The notes beneath the pieces were generated by a model that did no database searches, was not told where the DNA came from, and worked only from the letters and a program-made list of their open reading frames with translations. From contig MFDN01000001.1 of the NCBI GenBank assembly GCA_001776935.1, positions 165,449-229,448 on the forward strand: a stretch of 64,000 bases of DNA. The letters are read 5' to 3'. The stretch is from Candidatus Daviesbacteria bacterium RIFCSPLOWO2_01_FULL_39_23. GTDB lineage: Bacteria; Patescibacteriota; Microgenomatia; Daviesbacterales; UBA10151. Position numbers and translations under genes: made by a program. This document shows positions 9,600 to 19,440 of this stretch, piece after piece. Positions within the stretch are counted from its first letter, which is position 1, and the number at the start of each line of letters is the position of its first letter.

Positions 9600-10743
9600 A
9601 AAAATTTGTTTTATTACCGGTTCCAGAGCTGAGTATGGATTACTTAAACCCATAATGGAGGAAATAAGAAAAGGCGAGTTTGAACTAAAGCTGATTGTTA
9701 CAGGTATGCATTTAAGTCCGCAATTCGGAATGACCATAGATGATATTTATAGAGATGGATTTAAGGCAGATATTAAAGTTGAGATGACGCCAAAGACCGA
9801 TAGTCAGGAAGCTATGGCAGAATCAGTAGGTGTAGGTATTATCGGGCTTACTAAGGCATTGGGGAATATTAAGCCTGATTTGGTATTGATACTGGGTGAT
9901 CGGGTTGAAGTTTTAGCCGGAGCAATTGCTTCATCTTATTCGAACATCCCTGTTGCGCATATCCATGGAGGCGATAGCGCAAAAGCAGGTTTGGATGAAA
10001 ATACCAGGCATGCGATTACCAAAATATCTCATATTCATTTTCCGGCCAGCAAAATAAGCGCTGAAAGGATTCTCAGAATGGGAGAAGAAAATTGGCGCAT
10101 TCATGTTATCGGGGCTCCGGGTTTGGATGATATTTCAGCGGGAAAGTTTACCTCTAAAGATGTTCTTATGAAGAAATATCAGTTGGATCAGGAAAGGCCG
10201 ATTATTATGTTGGTGCAGCATCCGGTGACTACTCAGGTGGATCAGGCTTCTGCGCAAATTATAAATACTCTTGAGGCTGTTGTTAGTTTTGGATATCAGA
10301 CTATAATTATCTACCCAAACTCGGATGCAGGAAGCAGGAATATTATCACTATAATTGAAGAGTATTTAAGGAAGTATTCTTTCCTGAAAGGCTACAAGAG
10401 TATTTCCCGGCCTGATTATCTGGGTTTGCTAAGTATTGTGAGTGTTTTAGTAGGTAATTCAAGCAGTGGGATAATTGAATCGTCTTCATTCCAGTTGCCT
10501 GTAGTTGATATCGGAATCAGACAGGAAGGTAGGGAGCAGTCCTTGAATATAATACATGCAGATCACGAGGCTTTGGCAATAGAAGAGAGCATTAGCAAGT
10601 CTTTGTCTGATAGAGCATTTTTAGAAAAAGTAAAACTTTGCAAAAATCCTTACTGGTATGGGGGAGCGGGGAAGAAGGTTGCGCGGGTCTTATCAGATCT
10701 TGAAATAAATGATAAACTTTTACAAAAGAAAATAACTTATTAA
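9589..10743 (+). CDS. UDP-N-acetylglucosamine 2-epimerase (hydrolysing), NeuC/LegG family.
   Basis: MMNKKICFITGSRAEYGLLKPI...VTGMHLSPQFG start, HIHGGD, and a C-terminal GNSSSGIIE are all typical of the NeuC-type hydrolysing 2-epimerase (GT-B-like). Confidence 0.8.
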   Translation: MMNKKICFITGSRAEYGLLKPIMEEIRKGEFELKLIVTGMHLSPQFGMTIDDIYRDGFKADIKVEMTPKTDSQEAMAESVGVGIIGLTKALGNIKPDLVLILGDRVEVLAGAIASSYSNIPVAHIHGGDSAKAGLDENTRHAITKISHIHFPASKISAERILRMGEENWRIHVIGAPGLDDISAGKFTSKDVLMKKYQLDQERPIIMLVQHPVTTQVDQASAQIINTLEAVVSFGYQTIIIYPNSDAGSRNIITIIEEYLRKYSFLKGYKSISRPDYLGLLSIVSVLVGNSSSGIIESSSFQLPVVDIGIRQEGREQSLNIIHADHEALAIEESISKSLSDRAFLEKVKLCKNPYWYGGAGKKVARVLSDLEINDKLLQKKITY

Positions 10744-10744
10744 T

Positions 10745-11401
10745 ATGAATAAGAAAATTTTAGTGATAGCTCCTCATCCTGATGATGAGGTATTGGGATG
10801 CGGGGGAATAATAAAAAAATATTCTCAAAACGGCGATGAAGTATTCCTTGCGGTGTTGACCAAACCTTATGAACCTGACTGGACAAAAGATTATATTAAG
10901 GATAAGCTGATTCAGACAAAGAAGTCAAATATGACTCTGGGAATTAAAAAGACATATAGTTTAGGCTTTCCTACAGTAAAATTAGATACCATACCTCAAA
11001 AAAAGATCAACGATGAATTACATCAAGTGGTGGCTGAAGTGAAGCCGCAAATAGTTTTCATTCCTTTTTATGGTGATTTGAATAAAGATCATAGAATAAC
11101 CTGTGAAAGTTCACTGGTTGCAACCCGGCCTTTGACAGGCTCCGCTATAAAGAAAATTCTTTGTTACGAAATATTGTCAGAGACTGAGTGGGGGATTGAG
11201 CCTTTTAAGCCCAATGTATATGTTGATATTAGTGATAATTTTATTATAAAGAAAAAGGCTATGGAGGAGTATAAAAGCGAGCTTAAGAAATTTCCCCATC
11301 CAAGATCTTTGGAAGCGCTTGAGGCGCTGGCAAAAAAAAGAGGGTCTGAGGCAGGTTTGACATATGCGGAAGCTTTTATGCTTATAAGGGAGATATTATA
11401 G
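10745..11401 (+). CDS. PIG-L / LmbE family N-acetyl-sugar deacetylase.
   Basis: The AHPDDE zinc-binding motif (ILVIAPHPDDEVLGCGG) plus a downstream HxxH-type segment. 218 aa. Confidence 0.75.
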   Translation: MNKKILVIAPHPDDEVLGCGGIIKKYSQNGDEVFLAVLTKPYEPDWTKDYIKDKLIQTKKSNMTLGIKKTYSLGFPTVKLDTIPQKKINDELHQVVAEVKPQIVFIPFYGDLNKDHRITCESSLVATRPLTGSAIKKILCYEILSETEWGIEPFKPNVYVDISDNFIIKKKAMEEYKSELKKFPHPRSLEALEALAKKRGSEAGLTYAEAFMLIREIL

Positions 11402-11402
11402 C

Positions 11403-11816
11403 ATGCAGGGTGCAGGTAAAATACGGGTTAACTTTCAAAATTGGGAAAAGCCTGTCTTTGATAAAAATGGTTTAACTAAGTGGCACTGGGTATGTCAATA
11501 TAATGAAAATCTAATCCTGGGGGAATATACTGACGTAGGAGCGTTTACTTATATAAATGCAAGTTTTGGTGTAATCATAGAAGATCATGCGCAAATAGGT
11601 TCACATTGTAGTATCTATTCTCAATCCACAATTGATGATAAAAAAGGGAAAGTGATTATAAAAAAAGGAGCCAGAATCGGTACGCATTCTACAATTATGC
11701 CCGGTGTGACTGTTGGGGAAAACGCTGTAGTCGGGGCGTACAGCTTTATTAAGGATGATATCCCGGATAACTCCTTAGCGTATGGTATTCCTGCAAAGGT
11801 TGTAAAAAAGATATGA
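11403..11816 (+). CDS. Hexapeptide-repeat (LbH) N-acetyltransferase, PglD/LegH-like.
   Basis: Tandem hexapeptide repeats (IGSHCSIY, IGTHSTIMPGVTVGENAVVGAYSFI) in a 137-aa protein sitting between the deacetylase and the DegT aminotransferase. Confidence 0.7.
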   Translation: MQGAGKIRVNFQNWEKPVFDKNGLTKWHWVCQYNENLILGEYTDVGAFTYINASFGVIIEDHAQIGSHCSIYSQSTIDDKKGKVIIKKGARIGTHSTIMPGVTVGENAVVGAYSFIKDDIPDNSLAYGIPAKVVKKI

Positions 11817-12916
11817 AAATCCAAATTGCCAAGCCTAATATTGATCAGGATGATATTGATGGTGTGATTGAAGTTTTAAAATCAGGCTGGCTTTCGCTCG
11901 GGCCCAAATATAAACAATTTGAGCAGGATTTTGCAAAATATGTCGGATCAAAATATGCCCTCGCCGTTTCAAACGGCACAACAGCCCTCCATTTGGGAGT
12001 AAAAAGTCTTAATTTAAAAGCGGGAGATGAGGTGATTACCTCGCCTTTTTCCTTTGTGTCATCTTCCAACTGTTTACTTTATGAGGGCGTGAAGCCTGTG
12101 TTCTCAGATATTGAGGAAACTACTTTTAATATTGATCCATTTCTTATTGAAAAGTCTATTACTAAAAAGACTAAAGCCATTTTACCTGTACATATATTCG
12201 GGCAGCCTGCGCAAACGGATGAAATTATGAAAATTGCCAAAGAATATAACTTAAAAGTTTTAGAGGATGCATGTGAGAGCCTGGGGGCAACATTTAAAGG
12301 TAAAATGGCAGGAACTGCGGGAGATATCGGCACTTTTGCTTTTTATCCTAATAAGCAAATGACAACAGGAGAGGGTGGGATGCTGGTAACTGATTCTGAA
12401 AAAATATATGATTTGTGCGACAGCATGAGGAATCAGGGGAGAAGTAAAAACGGCGATTGGTTAATACATGAAAGAGTTGGCTATAATTACCGGATGGATG
12501 AAATGAGTGCGTCGCTTGGGATAACACAACTAAAAAAAATAAACCTGATGATTGAGGAAAAAAGAAGGATTGTTGCCTTATATAATGAAGCGTTAAAAGA
12601 TATAGAGGGTGTGGAAATTCCCAGGGTAGGCCCGGACAGAACGCATTCGTGGTTTGTTTATGTTATAAGAGTAAAGAAGGGAAAGAGAAATAAGTTAATG
12701 AATGAATTAGGGAAAGACGGGATTCAGACAAAGCCGTATTTGCCGGTGATACACCTTCAACCTTTTATGAGAAAAATGTTTAATTTTAAAGTTGGTGATT
12801 TTCCTGTTTCTGAGAATGTTTCCAGAGAGACACTTGCTTTGCCTTTGTATATCGGACTAGAAGCAAAAGATGTAGAATATATAGTTTGGAAGATAGAGGA
12901 TGCATTAAATGGATGA
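11813..12916 (+). CDS. DegT/DnrJ/EryC1/StrS-family PLP-dependent sugar aminotransferase (PseC/LegC-like).
   Basis: Typical DegT N-terminus (PNIDQDDIDGVIEVLKSGWLSLGPKYKQFEQDFAKYVGSKYALAVSNGTTALHL) and 367 aa. There is a 4-nt overlap with the neighbouring genes. Confidence 0.85.
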   Translation: MKIQIAKPNIDQDDIDGVIEVLKSGWLSLGPKYKQFEQDFAKYVGSKYALAVSNGTTALHLGVKSLNLKAGDEVITSPFSFVSSSNCLLYEGVKPVFSDIEETTFNIDPFLIEKSITKKTKAILPVHIFGQPAQTDEIMKIAKEYNLKVLEDACESLGATFKGKMAGTAGDIGTFAFYPNKQMTTGEGGMLVTDSEKIYDLCDSMRNQGRSKNGDWLIHERVGYNYRMDEMSASLGITQLKKINLMIEEKRRIVALYNEALKDIEGVEIPRVGPDRTHSWFVYVIRVKKGKRNKLMNELGKDGIQTKPYLPVIHLQPFMRKMFNFKVGDFPVSENVSRETLALPLYIGLEAKDVEYIVWKIEDALNG

Positions 12917-13916
12917 ATTTAAAAAGATGTTTAAAAATAAAAGAATCCTGGTAACCGGCGGGACCGGATCCATAGGCAGTGAAATAGTAAGACAGCTTTT
13001 AAAATATAAACCGAGACAAATCCGTATTTATTCAAGAGGGGAAAACAAGCAATATCTTTTGCAGCGGGAATTAGGAGAACATGAGAATAATTTAAAAATC
13101 CTGCGTTTTTTAATTGGGGATGTCAGGGATAAAGACAGGCTTAATAGAGCTTTTAACGGTATTGATATAGTTTTTCATGCAGCTGCTTTAAAACATGTCC
13201 CTTTTTGTGAGGATAACCCATTTGAAGCAACTAAAACTAATGTATACGGAACTCAAAATGTTTTGGATTTGGCGATAGATCATCACGTAGAAAAAGTTAT
13301 TGCAGTATCTTCCGACAAGGCAGTTTATCCCAATACTTTTATGGGTATCAGCAAGCTGATGATGGAAAGACTGGTTGTTGCCGCCTCCAATTATTCCGGT
13401 GCACCGGAGATCAAATTTGCTGTTGTTCGTTTTGGAAACGTAATAAATTCAAGAGGTTCAGTGATACCGCTTTGGATAGATCAGATTAAAAAAGGTAAGC
13501 CTCTGACAGTAACAGATATAAGGATGGAAAGGTATTTTATGGGTATACAGGATGCTGTCCGTTTAGTATTTATGGTAGCTTCTGTCATGTTAGGGAATGA
13601 AATATTTGTTTTAAAGATGCCCAAATATAATATTCATGACTTAGCCAAAGAAGTTATAAAAAGGTTTGGAAAAGACAATAACCATCAAATAAAAGTTATA
13701 GGTATCAGAGAAAGAGAAAAGATAAATGAGAAGCTGTATACGGATGATGAGCAGGAATTAATGATTGATGTCGGACCGTTTAACATAATTTTGCCAACCC
13801 GGCAGTTGTATCGCAAGAGACAATCAAGCTATGAAGAGTTTAAAAATACCGTAAACTTAAATCCTTTAGAAATTTCAGATATTTTATCTTCGCTTGAAGA
13901 TTTAAAGCCTTCCTAA
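12909..13916 (+). CDS. pseB: UDP-GlcNAc 4,6-dehydratase, short CapD/FlaA1/PseB type.
   Basis: VTGGTGSIGSE Rossmann motif, FIGDVRD, HAAALKHVP, VVRFGNVINSRGSVIP and TDIRMERYFM all match the FlaA1/PseB family closely. 335 aa. Confidence 0.8.
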   Translation: MDEFKKMFKNKRILVTGGTGSIGSEIVRQLLKYKPRQIRIYSRGENKQYLLQRELGEHENNLKILRFLIGDVRDKDRLNRAFNGIDIVFHAAALKHVPFCEDNPFEATKTNVYGTQNVLDLAIDHHVEKVIAVSSDKAVYPNTFMGISKLMMERLVVAASNYSGAPEIKFAVVRFGNVINSRGSVIPLWIDQIKKGKPLTVTDIRMERYFMGIQDAVRLVFMVASVMLGNEIFVLKMPKYNIHDLAKEVIKRFGKDNNHQIKVIGIREREKINEKLYTDDEQELMIDVGPFNIILPTRQLYRKRQSSYEEFKNTVNLNPLEISDILSSLEDLKPS

Positions 13917-14016
13917 ATTCTCTACCATAGAAAGCACGTATTTTATAATTTTCCCTGCATTAATTCAATAAAAGCATCTGGTAGCTCCAGAGCTTATGTT
14001 ATGATAATCATAAATT

Positions 14017-14946
14017 ATGAGTAAGATAATTGTTACGGGAGGCGCAGGGTTTATCGGGTCGCATTTGGTTGATGAACTTGTTAATTTAGGCCATCAGGTT
14101 ATTGTAATTGATGATTTTTCAACGGGAAATATAGAGAGGCTTAATAACAGTAAAAGCAAAATCAAAATATTGCGCCAAAGTTTAAATCAGGAAGCCGCTC
14201 TTCTAAAGAAAATACCGGCCATTTTGGAAGATACGGAATTTATTTTTCACTTAGCGGCGTTGCCCCGCATAGAAAGATCAATTGTTGATCCATTGGGAAC
14301 TCACGATGCAAATGTAAACGGCACTTTGGTGGCCCTGGAGCTTTCCAAAAGATTGAAAGCGAAAAGATTTATTTTTGTTTCAAGCTCTTCCGTATATGGA
14401 AATCAGGAAAAACTTCCTTTAACAGAAGATCTTATTCCAAATCCGCAAAACCCCTATGCTTTGCATAAACTTTTAGGAGAGCATTACTGCAGGCTTTATG
14501 CACAGTTGTATAAAATGCCGGTTATTGTCTTCCGGTTATTTAATGTGTACGGACCTGGTATGTTTTCCAAAGGGTCGTATAAGTTAGTTTTCACCAAATG
14601 GCTGGAACAAATTGAAAGTAATATTCCTCTGACAATTTTTGGTTCAGGAAAACAGACAAGGGATTTTACTTATATTGCGGACTCTATTGATGGGTTAGTC
14701 AGAGGAATAAAACTTGATGATAAAAAAATCTTCGAAATTATTAATTTAGGTTACGGAAGACAAATAGAAGTTAATTATTTGGCAAAACTTTTTAATCACC
14801 CGACTCAGTATTTGCCGGAAAGAGGCTACGAAGAAAAATTTAAACAGGCGGATATACGTAAAGCTAAAAATATACTGGGCTGGGAACCAAAAATATCAAT
14901 AGAAAAAGGTGTAAAGATGCTATTAAAGGATTATCTAAACCATTGA
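14017..14946 (+). CDS. NAD-dependent epimerase/dehydratase (GalE/WbpP-like nucleotide-sugar 4-epimerase family).
   Basis: VTGGAGFIGSHLVDEL Rossmann motif, a YxxxK segment (YALHKLLGE), and 309 aa. Confidence 0.75.
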   Translation: MSKIIVTGGAGFIGSHLVDELVNLGHQVIVIDDFSTGNIERLNNSKSKIKILRQSLNQEAALLKKIPAILEDTEFIFHLAALPRIERSIVDPLGTHDANVNGTLVALELSKRLKAKRFIFVSSSSVYGNQEKLPLTEDLIPNPQNPYALHKLLGEHYCRLYAQLYKMPVIVFRLFNVYGPGMFSKGSYKLVFTKWLEQIESNIPLTIFGSGKQTRDFTYIADSIDGLVRGIKLDDKKIFEIINLGYGRQIEVNYLAKLFNHPTQYLPERGYEEKFKQADIRKAKNILGWEPKISIEKGVKMLLKDYLNH

Positions 14947-16781
14947 TTTAACCATCCGCTGAACATAACCATCATCCAAATAAGTTTAGAGTTATCTTGT
15001 TTTCTCATCTTATGATTTTGCCAACACTCTGAAATCTTGCTTTTATCAAAATAATCAAAAATCCTTTTATTTTGTAAGTGTTCAGTTACAAGTTCTTCCA
15101 GATCGCCGGTTATCCATTTAGCAAGGGGAATACCAAATCCCTTTTTTGGTCTATTAAAAATTTCAGGCGGGAATTTATCTCTTAGAAGAGCCCTTAAAAC
15201 TCTTTTGGTTTCAACTATATTCACGTGAGAATTTAGGCTATAAGCATTTTCTATGAGTTCATTATCCAAAAAAGGAACTCTTACTTCTAAGGAGTTATAC
15301 ATAGATGCTCTATCTACTTTTACCAGCAGATCATCTTTAAGGTAAGTTTCAAAATCCAAAAGCTGCATTTGTGTGGTTAATTTTTTTGTATTTGACTCGA
15401 TTCTTTTTATAAGGTTTTTCAGAAAATCTGATTCAAAAGGTTCTGTTTCAGTACTAAATAACTTGTTATTTAATAACTTATGATTATAATTTTTTAAGGA
15501 CATCCAAAGAAGATGTCTTTTAAACGGGGGATAATGCATTCCTTTAATAAACTCTTTCAAAATCTCAGTCTTTGGATAGTTTTTAGAAGATACAGGTAAA
15601 ACATTAAGAAGGTTTAACAGGTGTTTAGCAGCAGTATTAGGAACTATTTTTTTAAGTTGTTCAGCGTATAAGTGTCCCTGATAAGTGGGATATCCTCCAA
15701 ACAGTTCATCTCCCCCGTCTCCGCTTAAAACCACTTTTACAAATTTACTGGCCAAAGCGCAAACTTTATAGGTTGGGAGAAGTGAAGGGTCCGCCAGGGG
15801 TTCATCTAACTTTTTTGTAATATTTGGAAAAAGATTTAATACATCTTTGGAGTTAAAGGTTTCAAAATGATGTTTTGTGCCTAATTGTTTCGCAACAGCG
15901 TTTGCGTATAAGGACTCATCAAAACTTTTTTCTTCGAAATTTATTGAAAAAGTATTTATCCCCTTTTTAATATTTTTTGTTAAATAATAGGCAACCAGAC
16001 TGGAATCAATCCCCCCGCTTAAAAGAATCCCTATTGGTACATCAGAGATTGAATGGGTCATGACAGCTTTCTCCAGTAAAGAGTCTATATTTTTACCTAT
16101 ATGAATTTTATCTGATTTCAATTCGTAATAGGTGTTTAGTTGCTTTCCTTTTTTGGAAAATATTAAATTTTGCCCAGGTAGCAATTTATGAATATTTTCA
16201 AATATTGTTGATTCTCCGAAAATATAGCCCAGTGAAGAATAAGTTTTTAAAGCTTGAAGATTTATGATTTTTTTCACTTGAGGATGAATTAAAATTGTTT
16301 TTAATTCAGAGCCGAAAAGTAAAAGATTGCCTTTTTGTAAGTAGTAAAGAGGTTTGATGCCTGAAGGATCTCTTGAGATAAAAATTAAATTTTTCTTTTT
16401 ATCCCAAATTGCAAAAGCAAACATACCTTTTAAATATTTGGGCATCTCAAAACCGTAAGCTTTGTAAGCATGTATTAATACTTCAGTATCGGATTTGGTT
16501 TTAAATTTATGACCTTTTTCCTTAAGAGACTGTTTAAGTTCCAAAAAATTGTAAATTTCTCCGTTAAAAACAACAGTTATTGTTTTGTCGCTGTTTTGCA
16601 TTGGCTGATTTCCTGTTTTTAGATCAATAATGCTAAGTCTTTGAATGCCTAAAGCAACATTTTCTTCAATATAGATACCTGTTTGATCAGGTCCCCGATA
16701 GGCAATTTCCTGAAGCATTTTTGCAACAAGATGTTTTTGAGGCTGATGATTGTAGTCTACATATCCTGCTATGCCGCACAT
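14931..16781 (-). CDS. Asparagine synthetase (glutamine-hydrolysing)-family amidotransferase, AsnB/WbpS-like.
   Basis: The N-terminal MCGIAGY class-II GATase nucleophile, a PP-loop SGGIDSS motif, and 616 aa. AsnB paralogs in glycan clusters amidate uronic acids. Confidence 0.85.
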   Translation of the reverse strand: MCGIAGYVDYNHQPQKHLVAKMLQEIAYRGPDQTGIYIEENVALGIQRLSIIDLKTGNQPMQNSDKTITVVFNGEIYNFLELKQSLKEKGHKFKTKSDTEVLIHAYKAYGFEMPKYLKGMFAFAIWDKKKNLIFISRDPSGIKPLYYLQKGNLLLFGSELKTILIHPQVKKIINLQALKTYSSLGYIFGESTIFENIHKLLPGQNLIFSKKGKQLNTYYELKSDKIHIGKNIDSLLEKAVMTHSISDVPIGILLSGGIDSSLVAYYLTKNIKKGINTFSINFEEKSFDESLYANAVAKQLGTKHHFETFNSKDVLNLFPNITKKLDEPLADPSLLPTYKVCALASKFVKVVLSGDGGDELFGGYPTYQGHLYAEQLKKIVPNTAAKHLLNLLNVLPVSSKNYPKTEILKEFIKGMHYPPFKRHLLWMSLKNYNHKLLNNKLFSTETEPFESDFLKNLIKRIESNTKKLTTQMQLLDFETYLKDDLLVKVDRASMYNSLEVRVPFLDNELIENAYSLNSHVNIVETKRVLRALLRDKFPPEIFNRPKKGFGIPLAKWITGDLEELVTEHLQNKRIFDYFDKSKISECWQNHKMRKQDNSKLIWMMVMFSGWLNQWFR

Positions 16782-16783
16782 AT

Positions 16784-17740
16784 TTAGAAGTTATTAACTT
16801 TCTTTATCTCATAAATAGTTTTATTACGTGTTTCAAAGTAAGTTCTGATCAGAAGTTCCGCAATAAGCCCCATTAACAGAAACTGGATTCCCAAAAGCAT
16901 CAAAAAACTGGCAATCAGAAATAGGGGATTTCTGTGGACATACACTCCCTGAACGAATTTGTCGTAGCCTACGACGGCGAGGAGTATAACTCCTAAAATA
17001 TTACTAAGTATTCCAATTGTGCCAAAGACATAGGCTGGCTTTGTACCGTATGAATTTAAGAATTTTACAGTAATGACATCTATTATCAGCTTAATTATTC
17101 TTGAATAACCGTATTTTGACTTTCCTGCTAAACGATTCCGGTGATTTACAACAATTTCTAAAGTTTTTGCTCCCCTCCAGTATAAAATCAGGGGGAGAAT
17201 GCGGTGAGATTCGCCGTATAGCCTTAATCCGCTCAGTGCATCCTTTCTGATTAATTTCAAAGAGCAGCCAAGATCGTGAAAGGGAATATTAAATATTTTT
17301 TGTATCAGGTAGTTTGCGGATTTCGAGAGAAAACTTCTTAATAAATTATCTCTTCTTTCTTTGCGCCATCCTATGACAATATCGAAACCATCGTTTATTT
17401 TTTGAAGCATTAATAGTATGTCATTCGGGTCGTTTTGCAGGTCTGCATCTATAAGACAGATGAATTCTCCTTTTGCCTGATCAATTCCGGCGCTGGTGGC
17501 AGCTGTTTGTCCAAAATTCCTTCGTAAGGAAACAAGCCTTGTTAATATTTTCTCGTTTGCCTTGTTAACAATACCTGCCAAGACATTTTCTGATTGATCT
17601 AAGCTGCCATCGTTAACATAGATTACTTCACAATTTAATTTTGTTTGAGCAAGAGTAGACAATAGCTCCTGATGCAGCTTAGGAAGATTGTCTTTTTCGT
17701 TATAAAACGGAACGATGATAGATAAGTCTACATTTTTCAT
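16784..17740 (-). CDS. GT2 polyprenyl-phosphate sugar synthase (DPM1/GtrB/ArnC-like) with two C-terminal TM helices.
   Basis: LSIIVPFYNE..., DGSLD, and a DADLQND (DxD) motif, followed by a hydrophobic C-terminal pair (GILSNILGVILLAVVG... LMLLGIQFLLMGLIAELLI). This is the classical GtrB/ArnC architecture. Confidence 0.8.
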   Translation of the reverse strand: MKNVDLSIIVPFYNEKDNLPKLHQELLSTLAQTKLNCEVIYVNDGSLDQSENVLAGIVNKANEKILTRLVSLRRNFGQTAATSAGIDQAKGEFICLIDADLQNDPNDILLMLQKINDGFDIVIGWRKERRDNLLRSFLSKSANYLIQKIFNIPFHDLGCSLKLIRKDALSGLRLYGESHRILPLILYWRGAKTLEIVVNHRNRLAGKSKYGYSRIIKLIIDVITVKFLNSYGTKPAYVFGTIGILSNILGVILLAVVGYDKFVQGVYVHRNPLFLIASFLMLLGIQFLLMGLIAELLIRTYFETRNKTIYEIKKVNNF

Positions 17741-17869
17741 TTTGAAGATAATTTACAGAATAGGGTTCTGATGCAGTTTAACATATAATTCATTTAATGT
17801 TAAAGATATTTAAATTTTTCTTAAAGTAGATAATCGGCAATTGCTCAGCTATACTTAGTACTACTTAAG

Positions 17870-19381
17870 ATGATTAATTCTGAAAAGTTAAAAGAAAAAG
17901 TTATTAAAGGAAGTTCAACAGTATTAATACTGGCTTTTTTGGGGTCTGTTTGTGCGTATTTGATCAGAATTTTACTTTCCCACAGTTTGACGATAGAAAA
18001 TTACGGATTATTTTATGCTACTTTCGGTCTTTTCAGCATGGCCACAGTTTATGCAGATTTGGGTTTTGGATATTCGGTAGTTTATCTTCTGCCAAAATTT
18101 ATAAAGTCAAAAAAATACTCTAAAGCCTGGAATATCTTTATATATGGTCAGTTAATTTCTCTTACTATGTCTTTATTTATTTCAATTGTTTTAATTATTT
18201 TTGCACCGATGCTGGCAAAATACTATTTTAAAGTAGCAGGGTCCGAAATTCTGATTTATATTTTTTGCGCATACTTGGTTACTTTTACCGCTATCAACAG
18301 CCTGATTCAAATCTTTAGCGGGATGCAAAAAGAAAAATACTATTCTTCAATTACTACCGCCAGATGGCTTTTTAGTTTAGTTTTTTCTGTCGTTTTTTTG
18401 GCGTTCGGATTTTCTAACATTATTTTCTTCGCTGTAGCCTGGGTTTTAGGACACGCATTAACAGTAATCCTTTTCCTTTTTCTATTATTTAAAAAACATA
18501 CATTTTTAACCGGTAATAAAATTACCTGGGAGAGCAAAGTTTTTAGACAGATGTCATTGTTGGCAATTCCGGCGCTTATGGAGACTTTTGTATTTTCTTT
18601 GGCAGTAACGACTGATACATTTCTCTTAACATTTATTAGAGGGGTAAGAGAAGTAGGTTTCTATAATGTTATTTATCCTTTGGCGTCAATTCCGATCGTA
18701 TTATTTAATCCGGTTAATGCTCTTTTACTGCCACTGGTTTCGCATTTGATGGAGGGAGAAAAGGGGAAGATGTCATACTTAATCTATAAAATTTTAGAAA
18801 TAGTTCCCTTTGTAGGATTGTACTTTGTTTTATTTATCATTATGTTTCCCTCATCCATCATTAGCTTAATGTTTGGGCAAAAATGGTTAGGGTCGGTAGA
18901 GATGCCTTTAATTATCCTCTCTTTGGGATCCATATTAGTGCTTATGTCAGGTATATTGGGGGCAATAACATTGGGTACGGGAAAAGTTAAGGAGAAGCTA
19001 AAAGTTGCTGCAATAACATCAATAGTAAGTATTGCTCTTAATGTATTTTTAATTTGGCATTATGGTGTGATGGGAGCTGTTATCACAACCAGCGTGATTA
19101 ATTTAATGCTAAATATTCTATTTTTAAGGATTATTGGAAAAGCTGTAGTATTTCAAATACCATACCGGTTATATTTGAAACTTTTAGTTTTTTCAATTGC
19201 TTGTTATATTTTTATACAATTATTAGGAGTTAATCCCCAAAGCTGGGTTGAATTTATCATTATAGGAATGATTTATACTCTGGTTTTTGTTTCCTTTGGA
19301 CTTTTTCTTAAGGTTTATGACAAAAAATTAATTTATATGATTTTGCCCGGAAGAATGGCTAACAATGCAAATATAAAATGA
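17870..19381 (+). CDS. Wzx-like oligosaccharide flippase (MOP superfamily polysaccharide biosynthesis protein).
   Basis: 503 aa, with about 12-14 predicted TM helices arranged in the MOP/Wzx two-repeat pattern. The N-terminus is typical of polysaccharide biosynthesis protein family members. Confidence 0.7.
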   Translation: MINSEKLKEKVIKGSSTVLILAFLGSVCAYLIRILLSHSLTIENYGLFYATFGLFSMATVYADLGFGYSVVYLLPKFIKSKKYSKAWNIFIYGQLISLTMSLFISIVLIIFAPMLAKYYFKVAGSEILIYIFCAYLVTFTAINSLIQIFSGMQKEKYYSSITTARWLFSLVFSVVFLAFGFSNIIFFAVAWVLGHALTVILFLFLLFKKHTFLTGNKITWESKVFRQMSLLAIPALMETFVFSLAVTTDTFLLTFIRGVREVGFYNVIYPLASIPIVLFNPVNALLLPLVSHLMEGEKGKMSYLIYKILEIVPFVGLYFVLFIIMFPSSIISLMFGQKWLGSVEMPLIILSLGSILVLMSGILGAITLGTGKVKEKLKVAAITSIVSIALNVFLIWHYGVMGAVITTSVINLMLNILFLRIIGKAVVFQIPYRLYLKLLVFSIACYIFIQLLGVNPQSWVEFIIIGMIYTLVFVSFGLFLKVYDKKLIYMILPGRMANNANIK

Positions 19382-19440
19382 TAAGTTGATTGTTAAGGAT
19401 TTAGTTATAATTTTCAGCAGAAAACTCTGTTTTCTTAAAG

